Shown here: positions 50,355 to 64,000 of the stretch, one piece after another
Numbering within the stretch: position 1 is the first letter of the stretch
Layout of the letters: every line of letters begins with the position of its first letter
Assembly: GCA_051313645.2 (NCBI GenBank)
Contig: JBNRSN020000009.1
Span: 129,704,001-129,768,000, forward strand
Reading direction: 5' to 3'
From: Centroscyllium fabricii
Taxonomy: Eukaryota
Length of the DNA: 64,000 nucleotides
Made by a program: the position numbers and the translations under genes
Notes under the pieces: model-generated
The model's input: only the letters and a program-made list of their open reading frames with translations
Told to the model about the DNA's origin: nothing
Database searches by the model: none

Positions 50355-51162
50355 TGTCCCTTATCTAAGGAAGAATGTTCTTGCCATGGAGGGAGTGCAG
50401 CAAAGATTCACCAGACTGATACCTGGGATGGCAGGAATGACATATGAGGAGAGATTGGGTCGATTGGGCTTACAGTCGCTGGAGTTTAGAAGAATGAGAG
50501 GGGATCTCATTGAAATTTCTAAAGTTCTAACAGGACTGGTGTGATGAACCTTTTGGTGTGGTTCACACTGTACGGTTATTGTATATAGTTTTGTTTAATG
50601 TGTTTGTTATATATCTGTACCTTTCTGTAAGGACCTGTACCGGCTGACCCCGCCTCTGGGGACTAGTATAAAGGAAAATGCTCCGCCCACTTATCTCTCA
50701 TTCCGGGCAGGCTCATCGGGGACATGGTTCAGTTCCTTGTGAATAAAAGCCACTTATTTAAGAACTCGCTGCCATCTTTGATTTGAGGCATCTCAACTGG
50801 ACAGACTAGATGCAGGAAGGATGTTCCCAATGGCGGGAGAGTCCAGAACCAGGGGTCACAGTCTAAGGATAAGGGGTAAGCCATTCAGGACAGAGATGAG
50901 GAGGAATTTCTTCACCCAGAGAGTGGTGAACCTGTGGAATTCTCTACCACAGAAGGCAGTAGAGGCCAATTTATTAAATATATTCAAGAAGGAGTTGGAT
51001 ATATTTCTTAAGGCTAAAGGGATCAAGGGATCAAGGGCTATGGGGAGAAAGCAGGGACAGGGTACTGAATTTGGATGATCAGCCATGATCGCATTGAATG
51101 GCAGAGCAGGCTTGAGGGTCCAAATGGCCTACTCCTGTTCCTATCTTCTATGTTTCTATGTT
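50355..51162 (+). mobile_element. CR1 3' fragment interrupted by a solo LTR
   Basis: Colinear with 30320-30880. ORF 50821-51078 and a TTCTATGT tail. Confidence 0.9.
50540..50795 (+). mobile_element. Gypsy solo LTR
   Basis: TG...CA termini, TSD ACTGG, TATAAA and AATAAAAGCC. Confidence 0.88.
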
Positions 51163-51503
51163 CCGATGTCAGTGCCAGAGTAACACATTAATTGCTCATT
51201 CATCTCATTAGACTTGTGGGACTTTACTGCGTTTAAAATGGCTTCTGCACTTACCCATTTGAAATGATAAATGTCCAGTGCAATTCATTCTACGTAAATT
51301 ACGCTGGCATGTTTCTGAGAGACAGGTGATAAGATATCAGTCGAATTAATACCACAAATTCTAGGCCAATGTGTTTTCTTTTTAAAATGTCTTTCTCTCT
51401 GCTGCTTCTTCTCAGCTTTAAATAAAAAGTTACAGATACTGAATAAATACTCCCACCGTTAATGTCAAGGATGCCACCTCACTATGATTTAATCTCTCTT
51501 CAG

Positions 51504-51545
51504 GACAAATCACCCATCACCTCAATGAACCTGTCCAGGAAACGG
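51504..51545 (+). CDS. SEMA3: Class-3 semaphorin exon (42 bp)
   Basis: ctcttcAG / GTAAGC boundaries. Reads DKSPITSMNLSRKR, phase 0 at both ends. Confidence 0.9.
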
Positions 51546-52499
51546 GTAAGCAAGCAGATCCTGGGTATTTGATGCCCATTTGTTACAATTCATGATGAAA
51601 TCTTTGGATTGAAATGTAAAATCAGAATGTCCGGGGTGATAGATCGTGAAAATGGCTCTCCTGGGAGTGAGGTCAGAGAGCAATGGAACAGAGATTACTT
51701 ACCATTGCTGGTACAGTCCACAAGCCAGCGTTTACTTGTGTAACCTCCGAAAACCTATTTAACTTTGCCCAATAATGAGAAAGATTGACACCAATTCACG
51801 GCAAACAGCGACAGTTCTTGGAAGACAGATATCGCTGGCTCGCAGGTGACTCTTTCTCTCAGTCGTGTGGTTGGGCTGCGTTTTGCTAGTTTCTCGGGCA
51901 GTGGTCACCTGGGTAGATTACCTCGGAACATGCCACCCCTCTGAGGGAGAGGGAGGGCGTATCAGTGTCCGGAACAATGCCTGCGTTCTGCTAAACAAAT
52001 GGAGCAGTGACGAAATAAAACTGTGAACCGCCGGCTCCCCAGTGTGTATTAAAAAAAACCACAAACTGAAACTGGGGAGTATTATATTGGTAGGACTTAA
52101 TGCAATTATTACTCGGAGCCTCATAGAACATCGACCGTTTATTGTAGTAGCAGCGGGTACAAGACAATATGGCGCTGGGGTTACCCAGCATGCCTTGGTG
52201 ATGGAACATACCAACTGCCACAGCCCTTAAGGGGAGTGCAGACTATACCAATACATCACAGGGAGAGATTTCCAGGCAAAAACATCTTCTCGGGATTCAG
52301 GGTCCATATTGCACCTGGACGCCTCACTGTGATTAACGTGTTGCAGTCGGGCCAGTTGGTGTCCTCTCTCTCGATGGACTAAATCACCCAAGAACCTGTG
52401 CCACCCGCAGGGGCCTTGAATGTATTAGACGGCTCATTGGGAGACCATGAGCACACTGGACCTGTGCCTTTCTGTCCACTGATTTCGATGCACCTGCCG

Positions 52500-52742
52500 T
52501 TCCTGGCTCAATGTTGGCGCACTCACCTCTAGCTCAGATCATTGTGGGTTCAAGCTCCACAGCAGGACTTGAGCACAGAATCTAAGTTGACACTTCACTG
52601 AGGGAGTGCTGCACTGTCGGAGGTGTCGTCTTTCAGATGAGACGTTGAACCAAGGCCCCGTCTGCCCTCTCAGGTAGATGTAAAAGACCCCACAGCGCTA
52701 TTTCGAAGAAGAGCAGGGGAGTTCTCCCGGTGTCCTGACCAA
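52500..52742 (+). mobile_element. DeuSINE 5' part
   Basis: Colinear with 38353-38600. Confidence 0.7.
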
Positions 52743-53024
52743 AAGTGAGTTGTTGTGGTGGAAGTGGATTCAATAGGAACTTTCAAAAGGGAACTTTCAG
52801 AGCGGTCAATTAGTCCCACTCCCTCCCCTCCTTCCCCAGAGCCCTGCAATTTTTTTTCATTTTCAAGTATTTATCCAATTCCCTTTTAAAAGTTCCTATT
52901 GAATCCACTTCCTATTGAATCCACTTCCACTTTACACAGGCACAATGGGCCGAATGGCCTCCTTCTGTGCTGTAAGATTCTATGATCCGAGCTTAAAGAA
53001 TGGCGTCCTTAACTCAATTACTGA

Positions 53025-54884
<1,860 letters not shown>

Positions 54885-55594
54885 TAAAAAGAAAACCAGT
54901 CACTCCCTGATGGTTTTTCTGACCTTAACAACCTGGCCCTATCTCTTAAAGGCAGGAATTGCGGATATACGAACAGCTGCCAATCTATAGAAACTTCCCT
55001 CAGCAATTGGCCCCAGGATGTGCCTATTTAGACCGCATCTCCGTCCCCATTCCCAGAGATCTTGAGCAGTGGTGTTACAGGGGCACGTCAGTTTAAGTAT
55101 AACTCCATCCTAGCAGCTCACCAGCACAACTGTGTTCCAAGATCCAGGCTACCCCTGGGTAAGTACCACAGAATATCAGCAAGCTCCATATAAAATCGAA
55201 CACTGGTCTCTGGATTGTACTTTACCGCATGCCAATTTCTAGGGGATTCGTTTTGTATTCATCAAGCGAGGGATGTGAGGGATGGTGTATGGAACAGCTT
55301 ATGTAGCAGCATGCACTCCCAGGTCAGACAGAACCTGGAACGTCCGTTAACGAATTAAGCTCCCTCTCACCGTCTAATAATGTGAATTAACCCAAATCTG
55401 AGAAACACACTTCCTGCTGCCAAAGATGGAATTTTTACATTTTGCACACCAGGCATGCGGATTGGCGTAAGTGAGAGGGCCAGTTGGTCCTGATGCCTGG
55501 GATGGTCCCAACTACTGTACCAGCCAAGAAAACATCCACTGAATTCTAAGAGAAAAAGTCCCCCTCCCAAAGAAAGGAAGATTAAAAATTCCTC

Positions 55595-55865
55595 AATAAC
55601 ACACTCCCAGTATCCATTTTTTATACGTATAAACCACCTAAACCCCTCGATTATATTGCAGCCTGTAGCTCACTCCCAGTATCCAATTTTCTATATATAA
55701 CACATACCAATCCCTCAATCAAATCGCTGCCTGCCGCTCGCTTTTAGTCAATCATTATTCTACATATATTCTATATATAAAACACCTGAAAGCCCTAGAT
55801 TAGGTTCCAGCCTATAAATCTCCCGGGGATCCATTCTATATATAAACATCCGAACCCTCCATTAT
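55595..55865. repeat. Degenerate ~65-70-bp tandem repeat
   Basis: Recurring CTCCCAGTATCCA..TATATAAA..ACC..AACCCCTCGATT..GCCTGTA, about 4 units. Confidence 0.6.
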
Positions 55866-56107
55866 GTGTAATTATCGCTCTCTAATTTCACCGCATAATG
55901 AGACTATCTGTGAAATAAATGTTATGGATTGGGCAGCTTTCATAAACCCTTTCCGAGGCAACAGATATGGCCATTGACACAAGCCATCTGAATTCTTTGC
56001 TGTTGGATACCGTTCAAATAAAACACAGGATAAAAGGGAGCGCTTCGGATTGAGACTTCAGTGGGCTGCTGTTGAACCTGACCCCTTGCTGTTATGTTTG
56101 CTTGCAG

Positions 56108-56169
56108 AAGACACACTCGACAGGTCACTCTGAATGGAGACCCTCTGACCCAGTGCTTCAACCAGGGAG
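56108..56169 (+). CDS. SEMA3: Class-3 semaphorin exon (62 bp, basic cleavage region and end of PSI)
   Basis: cttgcAG / GTAAGT boundaries. Reads (R)RHTRQVTLNGDPLTQCFNQG, compare SEMA3A RRTRRQDIRNGDPLTHC. Phase 2 matches the previous exon. Confidence 0.9.
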
Positions 56170-56645
56170 GTAAGTGTCACACAAAGGAGCCAGGAGGTCA
56201 GCCCACTCATGAGTGCAATCATTGAAACTCCCGCACATCAGAAGTAGCCTGTCAAACTGTTTGAGGTTTATTTAGAATTCTTTAAAAGGTTTTTATTTTG
56301 ACAAATAATCAAGCAGTTTTCCAGTTTTGCCTTCCTGAAATGCTGAAGACAAAAAGGAGCTCAGTACGGCCCCTGTGCCTGCAAACGCCAATCTCCGGCC
56401 AGAAAAACTGGCTGCGTAGAAGTGAAAGGGGGGATTTTTTCCAGATCTGAACAGCAGTTTCAGAAGCTTTCAAAATAAAAGATTAAGAAGTAACAGGAAA
56501 GAGAAAGGGATCTTAGAGAGGACAACTGGAGCATTTTCTATCAGGACATTTTATAAAAGTTACCTTATTGCAGCTGGATTTCTGTATTTAAAAAGGTCTA
56601 ATTTCCTGTTCCCAGTGAAAGCCCAGAAAAAGGTTACAGAGTAAA

Positions 56646-56936
56646 TGATACCTTATCAATAACCTCGGAGACGAGAAGTTATGTGGTGAATAAAAGGCTT
56701 TTATTCGCTAAGACATGGGCATGCCCCAGCTAGTCGACTGCTCCCGGAATGATTGGGGGGAGGGAGACAGTCACCTTTACACCTGGTCCAGGGGGAGGAG
56801 CCACAGGCGGAGTCAGCACGGGCATGCCCAGACAAGCTATACAGGGAGAACTATACACACAGAGAGGTGGTCATATATATACAATGCTACAGGCCGTGGA
56901 TATGGCACAGACATATATATATTGTGGTTTACCACA
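56646..56936 (-). mobile_element. Gypsy solo LTR (TGTGGTAAACC type)
   Basis: TSD GTAAA. Similar to LTR 60062-60330. Confidence 0.9.
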
Positions 56937-57121
56937 GTAAAACTGTGCAGAGGTCAGCCATTTTGAGGCTAAGTGCCGGAGTGTCCATTTTGAGATATGA
57001 TTTTGAATGGGAAGAGGAATGATGAGGGAGCGGTACCTGTCCCTGATTCAGAGACAGGAGAAGACTTTTGTACATTTTGTGGACTCTGAACCCTGCACCA
57101 GGCCTATATAGACCATGTGAG

Positions 57122-58910
57122 TGTAAGGGGTTTGCGCCGTGCTTTACGCGACCTAGGGTCCTATTGCCTTGCTCTAGCCACCGGCCAGGCCTCGCGCAAT
57201 GATCCCCCGTGAGTGGTTCGACCCACTCGCCCTTACGATTCTCTACGCTGGACTTAGATGCAGGAAAGAGTGATGCAGAGACTGGACTCGAACAAACTCG
57301 GCTTTAGTAAAAGTTCAAATGGATCTTTATTGTAGCAGACAGTAGATTCACATACATCATCATCATCGGACATACACGTCCCACACTAAAACAGTATCAA
57401 ATATAAATATATATATATATCTATATAAATGTATCCGACACACGCTACTATCCTTATAAAATGGGGAACACACGACACATCGATAAGGGGTCAACACTCT
57501 ATTGATTACCCTCTAAAAACCAACCCTCCCCTATATTGCCTAAACTATGTCCAGGTGTGTAGGATCGGGGAACATGCTCACCACTCGGTTAAACTCGGGG
57601 TCTGCTATGGGGTTCGTGTTTCTCCGCTGCAGTGCTGGTCGTCACGTGGCTGTGGAAGATTCGGGAGCTCACTTGTTGACGTCTCCCTCTCGGCGGCGGC
57701 TGGCTCTGCTCGGGCTGGCCCCGGGCGGGTCTCTCGAAACCTCGCTACCTCTCAACGTTCCACTGCCTGCCGTACCGGGCGCTGAAACCGCGCTGTCTTC
57801 CTGGCTGAACCGGGCCCTGTGGTGAGCCGGTCCTGCACTCTTGAGCCGATCTGTAACTGACTGCCTTTCTCGTTGTTTGTCCGACTGTCTCTCCCGGGCT
57901 ATGCTGCCCGTTCTAAACTCGACTTAACTGCCGAACTATGGGTTCCGTGCCCAATCCTTGAGGACCTCCAAGATCTCCAGTACCTCGTTTAGTTCCTTCA
58001 GCACCTCCAGTACCTCCAGTACTCAGTTAGTTCCCCGAGTACCTCCAGTATCTCCTGCACTATGCCTCAGCGCTAGCAGGCAACTAACTTTTACTCTGCA
58101 GCAGTCGCCGCTCGGGCCCAACTCTACCGTCCCGCAGCCTCCAGCACCTGCTCCTCAGAACAGTACCGGGCCTTCAGTGTCTCTCTGCGGACGACCCGAT
58201 GTCCCCAACTCCTCACCACTGTGCAACCGAGTACCTGTGCAACCGAGTCACCCCCGTAACTGTGTCCTCAACGTCTAACATGTCTTATTGTTATAATGCG
58301 AAACTGTGGGCTTATCTCCCGCCCAAATCGTGAAATCTTTTGTGATAATAATGGTTCGGATGTCTCTGTTGTCTGGTTAACCTGTTCCGGGATGGCCCGA
58401 GAACGGCCTTAACTAGCTGTGAAATGTTCTTCCTTTGTCGGGAAATTATGTAAATGGCGTATCGATGGTTTTGCTGTTCAAACTTAAGTCTGACTATCCG
58501 GGTCAGTCAATCGGTTTCTGGCGGTGTCATATTTAAACCCATTAAATGATGTACTGTATTGTTTGGCTAAACGGGCCCAGTCAATCGGTTTCGGGGAAGG
58601 CTTGTTGGATCTTCCAACAAGTGTTATTCCTCGGCGCCCCCATGTCTGGGCGCTGGCTAGTTTTTCGCGGGCTTTTGCAGGGCTCATGCATAATGTTTGT
58701 CTGGACGGCAGTTAAGTATATTCAGATGTCTCGAAAGTTCTGGTCGGCTTGTCACGGGGTCTGGTGGCCATCTTAGGGGCCCCTTTCTTTCTCTCTCTTT
58801 CAACAAGCCGCAGCCCTTTTCTGCGTTGCAGCCATTTTGCTCAATAAAGTGTCTAATTAAACTGGCTGTCTCCTGTCGTTTTTAATCGTGGTAATATTGC
58901 GACCTTTACA
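57122..58910. mobile_element. Long (1.79 kb) solo-LTR-like element
   Basis: TGTAAGG...TTTACA termini, 4-bp TSD TGAG. Homologous to 10068-16573. Confidence 0.82.
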
Positions 58911-59180
58911 TGAGCCAACAGTGTATGAAATTGAAATCGTGATGAAGTCTTGAAAAATCACTGCAGTTGAATATTCTGACAAAAGACGGAGGAGAGAAGA
59001 CACACCGTGTACCAGCTATGCCTTCAAGAATGTGCTGCCATCTTAAGATATTGGCAGCTTCTAAATGCTTCCAAACCTCTACCACCGCTGCCCGCACTGC
59101 CCCCCACCGCCATTCTCTCCCAGGTTGCATGGGAGTTGTGCCCCTAACCCGCCATTGAATATTTAAACGAATTGGCCCCG

Positions 59181-59457
59181 TGATGCACGATCAAGACGAA
59201 GTTAAGAATACAACTGAGGCTTTTATTAACTAAGAACTGAAGTACAGGTCTTGTCTTGTTACTAACCGGTCCTGGAATGCCACGAGGTCAGCAGGGCTGT
59301 GACCTTTATACGGCAGCCTGTGGGTGGAGCCAGGAGGCGGAGCCGGCTGAGGCATCCCAGGTAGATCTCAGGTGGACAAGAGGTAACTATGTATAATAGT
59401 GTTAGTGTCCAGATAACTATATACAGTACAGCATTAGTGGTAAACCATATCACCACA
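59181..59457 (-). mobile_element. Gypsy solo LTR
   Basis: TSD CCCCG. Minus strand reads TGTGGT...AATAAAAAGCC...CATCA. Confidence 0.87.
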
Positions 59458-59774
59458 CCCCGCAAATTCACCAGCAGCTGGTGGTGCCGCCCTTGGTGCA
59501 CAAACAGCAATGTGGATTTTCGGAGCCTGAAATGTTAGTGAGCAGTTCAACCGTGGAAGTCAGCACACCCATGTCACTTCCACTTTCAGCAGCAGTCACT
59601 GGACAGTGATCAGGAGTGATAACCTGAGCTGATTTCCTCCTCCCTAGCCCTGTGGCCAATGTTAACCCTCAAACGCTGATTCAGCATAGACAGAGTCGAA
59701 GTTGGGGCCTGTTTTCGGCCTGCATGGTTCAGTGCCTCACCCATTTGGCCATTGTGGGGGGGCGCGGGGGGAAG

Positions 59775-60061
59775 TGTGGTAATCATGTATATAACCACTG
59801 TATATAGTTGCCGGTTACCTTTGTAATGCTGTAGGCTAGGTCAGCCACACCCCTGACTCCTCCCCTCAGGTCGGAGTATTTAGGTGAGTGCTGACCTGCC
59901 CCCACTCATTCTTCACCTTGACCTCATCAGAAGACCAGCTCCATTCTTAGTTAATAAAAGCCTGTAGTTTAGGTAACTACTCGTCTTTGTGTGATTAATT
60001 GACGATACGTCAATTTTATTAACTAAATTTTTAAACATGGAGAGCAATGCAGTGAAACCGG
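59775..60061 (+). mobile_element. 5' LTR, leader and gag start of Gypsy provirus E, interrupted by provirus F
   Basis: LTR 59775-60012, a leader like that of provirus D, and ATG at 60037 (MESNAVKP, compare MEQILKP). Confidence 0.8.
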
Positions 60062-63000
60062 TGATACCGAATCAATGACCTCGGAGACGAGATGTAATGA
60101 GGTGAAACAAAAGGCTTTTATTAGCTAAAAGGTTGGGCATGCACCAGCTAGTTGACCGCTCCCAGAATGAATGGGGGAAGGGAGACAGTCACTTATGTAC
60201 CTGTCCTGGGAGGAGGAGTCACAGGCGGGGCAAGCATGGGCATGCCCAGGTAAACAATATACAAAGAATTATATACATTATCACAGGCCGTTGGTTACAC
60301 ACATATATATATACAAAGTGGTTTACCACATTCACCTCTTGTTTAAAAACAAAGTCCGGCGGGGCAAATGTGACGCAGTTCTTAGAGGTCAAGCCTGTCG
60401 GGCGGCCTGGTCTGCCTCGTCGATCGGTGCACTGCTGGTGGTGGAGTCGGCGGGCGCACCGTTGGCAGTGGAGTCGGTAACAGCGAGGTCGGCGGGGGCG
60501 TTCGATCCGTCGTTGGGCCCCTTGCGGTAACAATCAGGGGCGCGCTCTCCCTTTCGTCATCCGGCTCGCGGGTGCGTAGACTAGGGGGCCATACTGTGCT
60601 GCCTGCAGGTGCTGGGTGGGCATACCATGGCGCTGGAGCCTCGTAGTGAGCGGCGTACCATGGTGCTGGTGCCCCGAAGGTGGCGGTAGGCAGGGGGGGG
60701 TGCGGGCTGATGGGTCGTACTGGTCTCGGGGGCACCCGCGGGTGCCAGGTCCTTGATGGACACCGTATCCTCCCTCCCGTCAGGGTACGCCACGTAGGCG
60801 TACTGGGGGTTGGCGTGCAGGAGGTGGACCCGTTCGACCAGGGGGTCCGACTTATGGCCCCTCACGTGCTTCCGGAGCAGGACGGGTCCTGGGGACGATA
60901 GCCATGACGGCAGCGAGGTCCCGGAAGCCGACTTCCTAGGGAAGGCAAAGAGTTGCTCGTGAGGGGTGGCGTTAGTGGCCGTACATAAAAGTGACCGAAT
61001 GGAGTGGAGCGCTTCGGGGAGGACATCCTGCCAGCGGGAGACTGGGAGGCCTTTAGACAGTAGGGCTAACAGGATGGCCTTCCAGACGGTGGCGTTCTCC
61101 CTCTCTACCTGTCTGTTCCCCCGGGGGTTATAGCTGGTAGTCCTGCTAGTAGCGATGCCCTTGGCTAGCAGGAACTGACACAGCTCGTCACTCATAAAGG
61201 AGGCCCCCCGGTCGCTGTGGATGTAGCTGGGGTAGCCGAACAGGGAGAAAATGCTGTGAAGTGCCCTGATGACTGTGGAGGAGGTCATGTCCGGGCAGGG
61301 GATGGCAAAGGGGAAACGCGAGTACTCGTCAATGACGTTTAAAAAGTACGCGTTGCGGTTGGAAGAGGGGAGGGGCCCTTTAAAGTCGACGCTGAGTCGC
61401 TCAAAGGGGCGGGTGGCCTTGATCAGGTGCGCCCGGTCTGCCGAAAGAAGTGCGGCTTGCACTCCGCACAGACCTGGCAGTTCCTGGTCATGATCTTGAC
61501 CTCCTTGATGGAGTAGGGGAGGTTGCGGGACTTAATGAAATGGACCAACCTGGTGACCCCCGGGTGGCAGAGGTCATTGTGCAGGGTTTGGAGATGGTCC
61601 ACTTGTGCGTTGGCACGTGCACCGCGGGACAGGCCGTCTGGGGGCTCGTTGAATTTCCCGGGCCGGTACAAGATATCGTAATTGAAAGCGGAGAGTTCGA
61701 TTCTCCACCTCAATATCTTGTCGTTCTTGATTTTACCCCGCTCTTTGTTGTTGAACATGAATGCGACTGAGTGTTGGTCAGTCAGCAGGGTAAATCGTTT
61801 GCCGGCCAGGTAGTGCTTCCAGTGTCGCACTGCTTCAACAATGGCCTGGGCCTCCTTCTCCACGGAAGAGTGACGGGTCTCGGGTCCCTGGAGAGTGTGT
61901 GAGAAGAAGGCCACAGGTCTGCCCGCCTGGTTAAGGGTGGCGGCCAGGGCAAAGTCCGATGCATCGTTGGAACGGAACGGCCTCGTCCACAGCGTGCATC
62001 GCGGCCTTTGCGATGTCTCTCTTTATGCCGCAGAAAGCCGAGCGGGCCTCAGCCGACAGGGGAAATGAGGTTGATTTAAGTAGTGGGCGGGCTTTGTCTG
62101 CATAGTTGGGGACCCACTGGGCAAAGTAAGAAAAGAACCCCAGGCACCTTTTCAGGGCCTTGAGGGAGTGGGGGAGGGGGAGCTCCAGGAGGGGGCGCAT
62201 GCGGTCCGGGTCGGGACCGATGACCCCATTCTCCACAACACTGCCGAGGATGGCGAGGTGGGTTGTCCTGAACACACATTTTTCCGTGTTATAGGTCAGG
62301 TTTAACATTTTGGCGGTGCGGAGAAATTTCTGGAGGTTGGCGTCATGGTCCTGCTGGTCGTGGCCGCAGATGGTCACATTATCAAGATACGGAAAGGTGG
62401 CCCGCAGTCCGTACTGATCAACCATTCAGTCCATCTCTCTTTGGAAGACCGAGACCCCGTTGGTGACGCCAAACGGAACTCTGAGGAAGTGATAGAGGCG
62501 GCCGTCAGCCTCGAAGGCAGTATAGTGACGGTCCTCTGAGCAGATGGGGAGCTGATGATACGCAGACTTCAGATCGATGGTGGAGAAGACCCGAAACTGA
62601 GCGATCTGGTTCACCATACCCGCTATGAGGGGGAGGGGATACGCATCTAGCTGCGTAAACCGGTCGATGGTCTGACTGTAGTCCACAACCATCCAGTGTT
62701 TGGCTCCGGTCTTCAACACCACTACCTGCACCCTCCAGGGGCTATTACTGGCCTCGATGACCCCCTCCTTCACGAGCCGCTTCACCTCGGACTTAATGAA
62801 GTCTCTGTCCCCGGTACTGTAGCGCCTACTTTTGGTGGCGACGGGCTTGCAGTCCGGGGTGAGGTTGGCAAAGAGCGAGGGGGGGGCGACCTTAAGGGTC
62901 GAGAGGCCACAGGTAGCGCGCTGTGGGTACTGCGGGGAGCGCTGGTTGCTGACCGTGAGCGGTTGAAGGGGCCCACCGTACGCCATGGTAACGCTCTGGA

Positions 63001-64000
63001 GGTGGCACTGAAAGTCGAGGCCCAGCAGTAAGGGAGCGCAGAGCTGCGGCAGCACGAATACTTTAAAATTACTGAAGTGTACGCCCCGCACTGTCAGGGT
63101 CACTACGCAGCGACCGCAGACGTCCGCAGATTCGGACTTAGACGCCATCGCTATTTTTTGGCTAGCCGGCATGACTTTAAGGGAGAAGCGCTTTACCGTA
63201 TCTGGATGGATGAAGCTCGCCATGCTCCCGCTGTCAAAAAGGCAATCCGCACTCCGCCCGTTCACCTGCACCGTCATCATAGATCTGCTCAGTGGCTGGC
63301 TCTTGTTCTGGTCGAGTGTGATGGAGGCCAGAATCGGGTCAGTCGAGTCGGTTGAGAGGTCTGGGGCCTGGTCCCAAGATGGCTGCCGCCATGCGGCGGG
63401 CTGTGATGGAGATGACTGTGTCCAAGATGGTGTCTGCTCCCACGCGGCGGGCTGTGATGAAGATGGCTGTGTCCAAGATGGCTGCCCCCACGGCCCACAC
63501 GCGGCGCTGCCCAGTTTGGAGGGCGGTATTGCCGCTGCTCTGCAGACTTTAGCGAAATATCCTTTCTTACCGCACTTCGAGCAGGCCGCGTCTCTTGTCG
63601 GGCAGTTTCGCCTGGGATGTTGGGCCTGGCCGCAGAAGTAACATTTAGGCCCTCTCGAGTGCGTAGCCGCAGTCATCTCTTCCGCCAGTCGCGGCGCGGC
63701 CGGCTGTGACCATGATGTCGGCGCCGACGATGGGGCCACGTGGTTGCCCGAGTAAGACGACAAGTTAAGGGACGCCAAGTCCAGCGCGTTCCCCAGGTCA
63801 GCTGTCGCCTGCAGGTCCATACCATTTTGTTCCAAATGTCTTTGGCGGATGTAATCGGACCTGAGGCCAGTCACATAAGCGTCCCTGATGAGACTTTCCG
63901 AGTGCACCTGGGCTGTCTGTGACTTACAGTTGCAGGCCCGGCAGAGGACTCTCAGCGCTCGTAGGAACTCCACGCTTGATTCCCCGGGTTGCTGCTTTCT
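60062..64000 (-). mobile_element. Gypsy provirus F (same group as D), degenerate, runs off the window end
   Basis: 3' LTR at 60062-60330 and PPT. ORF pieces 62426-63973, 61931-62425, 61423-61914 and 60581-61462 carry zinc knuckles, LFDSGS, YLDN, RNase H and integrase. Confidence 0.93.

Noticed and set aside
56170-64000. Next semaphorin exon (Ig domain)
   Set aside because: I found no convincing candidate by eye. The region is mostly LTR-derived and the exon probably lies beyond the window.

Overview
This is eukaryotic (vertebrate) DNA, most likely a shark or other cartilaginous fish, judging from HE1/V-SINE and SacSINE1/DeuSINE-type SINEs and abundant CR1 LINEs. The only host gene is a + strand class-3 semaphorin. 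Seven internal exons (70, 145, 220, 89, 42, 158, 62 bp) have GT-AG boundaries and one continuous frame, covering the C-terminal Sema domain and the PSI domain. The introns (up to 31 kb) are packed with nested transposons: two young CsRn1-like Gypsy proviruses (one with an intact 1321-aa ORF), a Sushi-like chromovirus with a single nonsense mutation, three copies of another Gypsy group, many solo LTRs, CR1/L2/RTE fragments, Penelope-type repeats with hammerhead cores, Harbinger- and Tigger-like MITEs, and minisatellites. Four observations stand out. (1) The third Gypsy group has no tRNA primer-binding site; a 13-nt sequence at that position pairs with the element's own LTR poly(A) signal, with a compensatory change between two families, and its RT motif is YLDN. 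(2) A Penelope-type hairpin has about 17 G.T and no A.C mismatches, resembling fossilised ADAR hyper-editing. (3) MITEs are repeatedly inserted at the same site in CR1 3' tails. (4) The chromovirus shows Tf1-type self-priming. All calls were made by eye; no database search was run.
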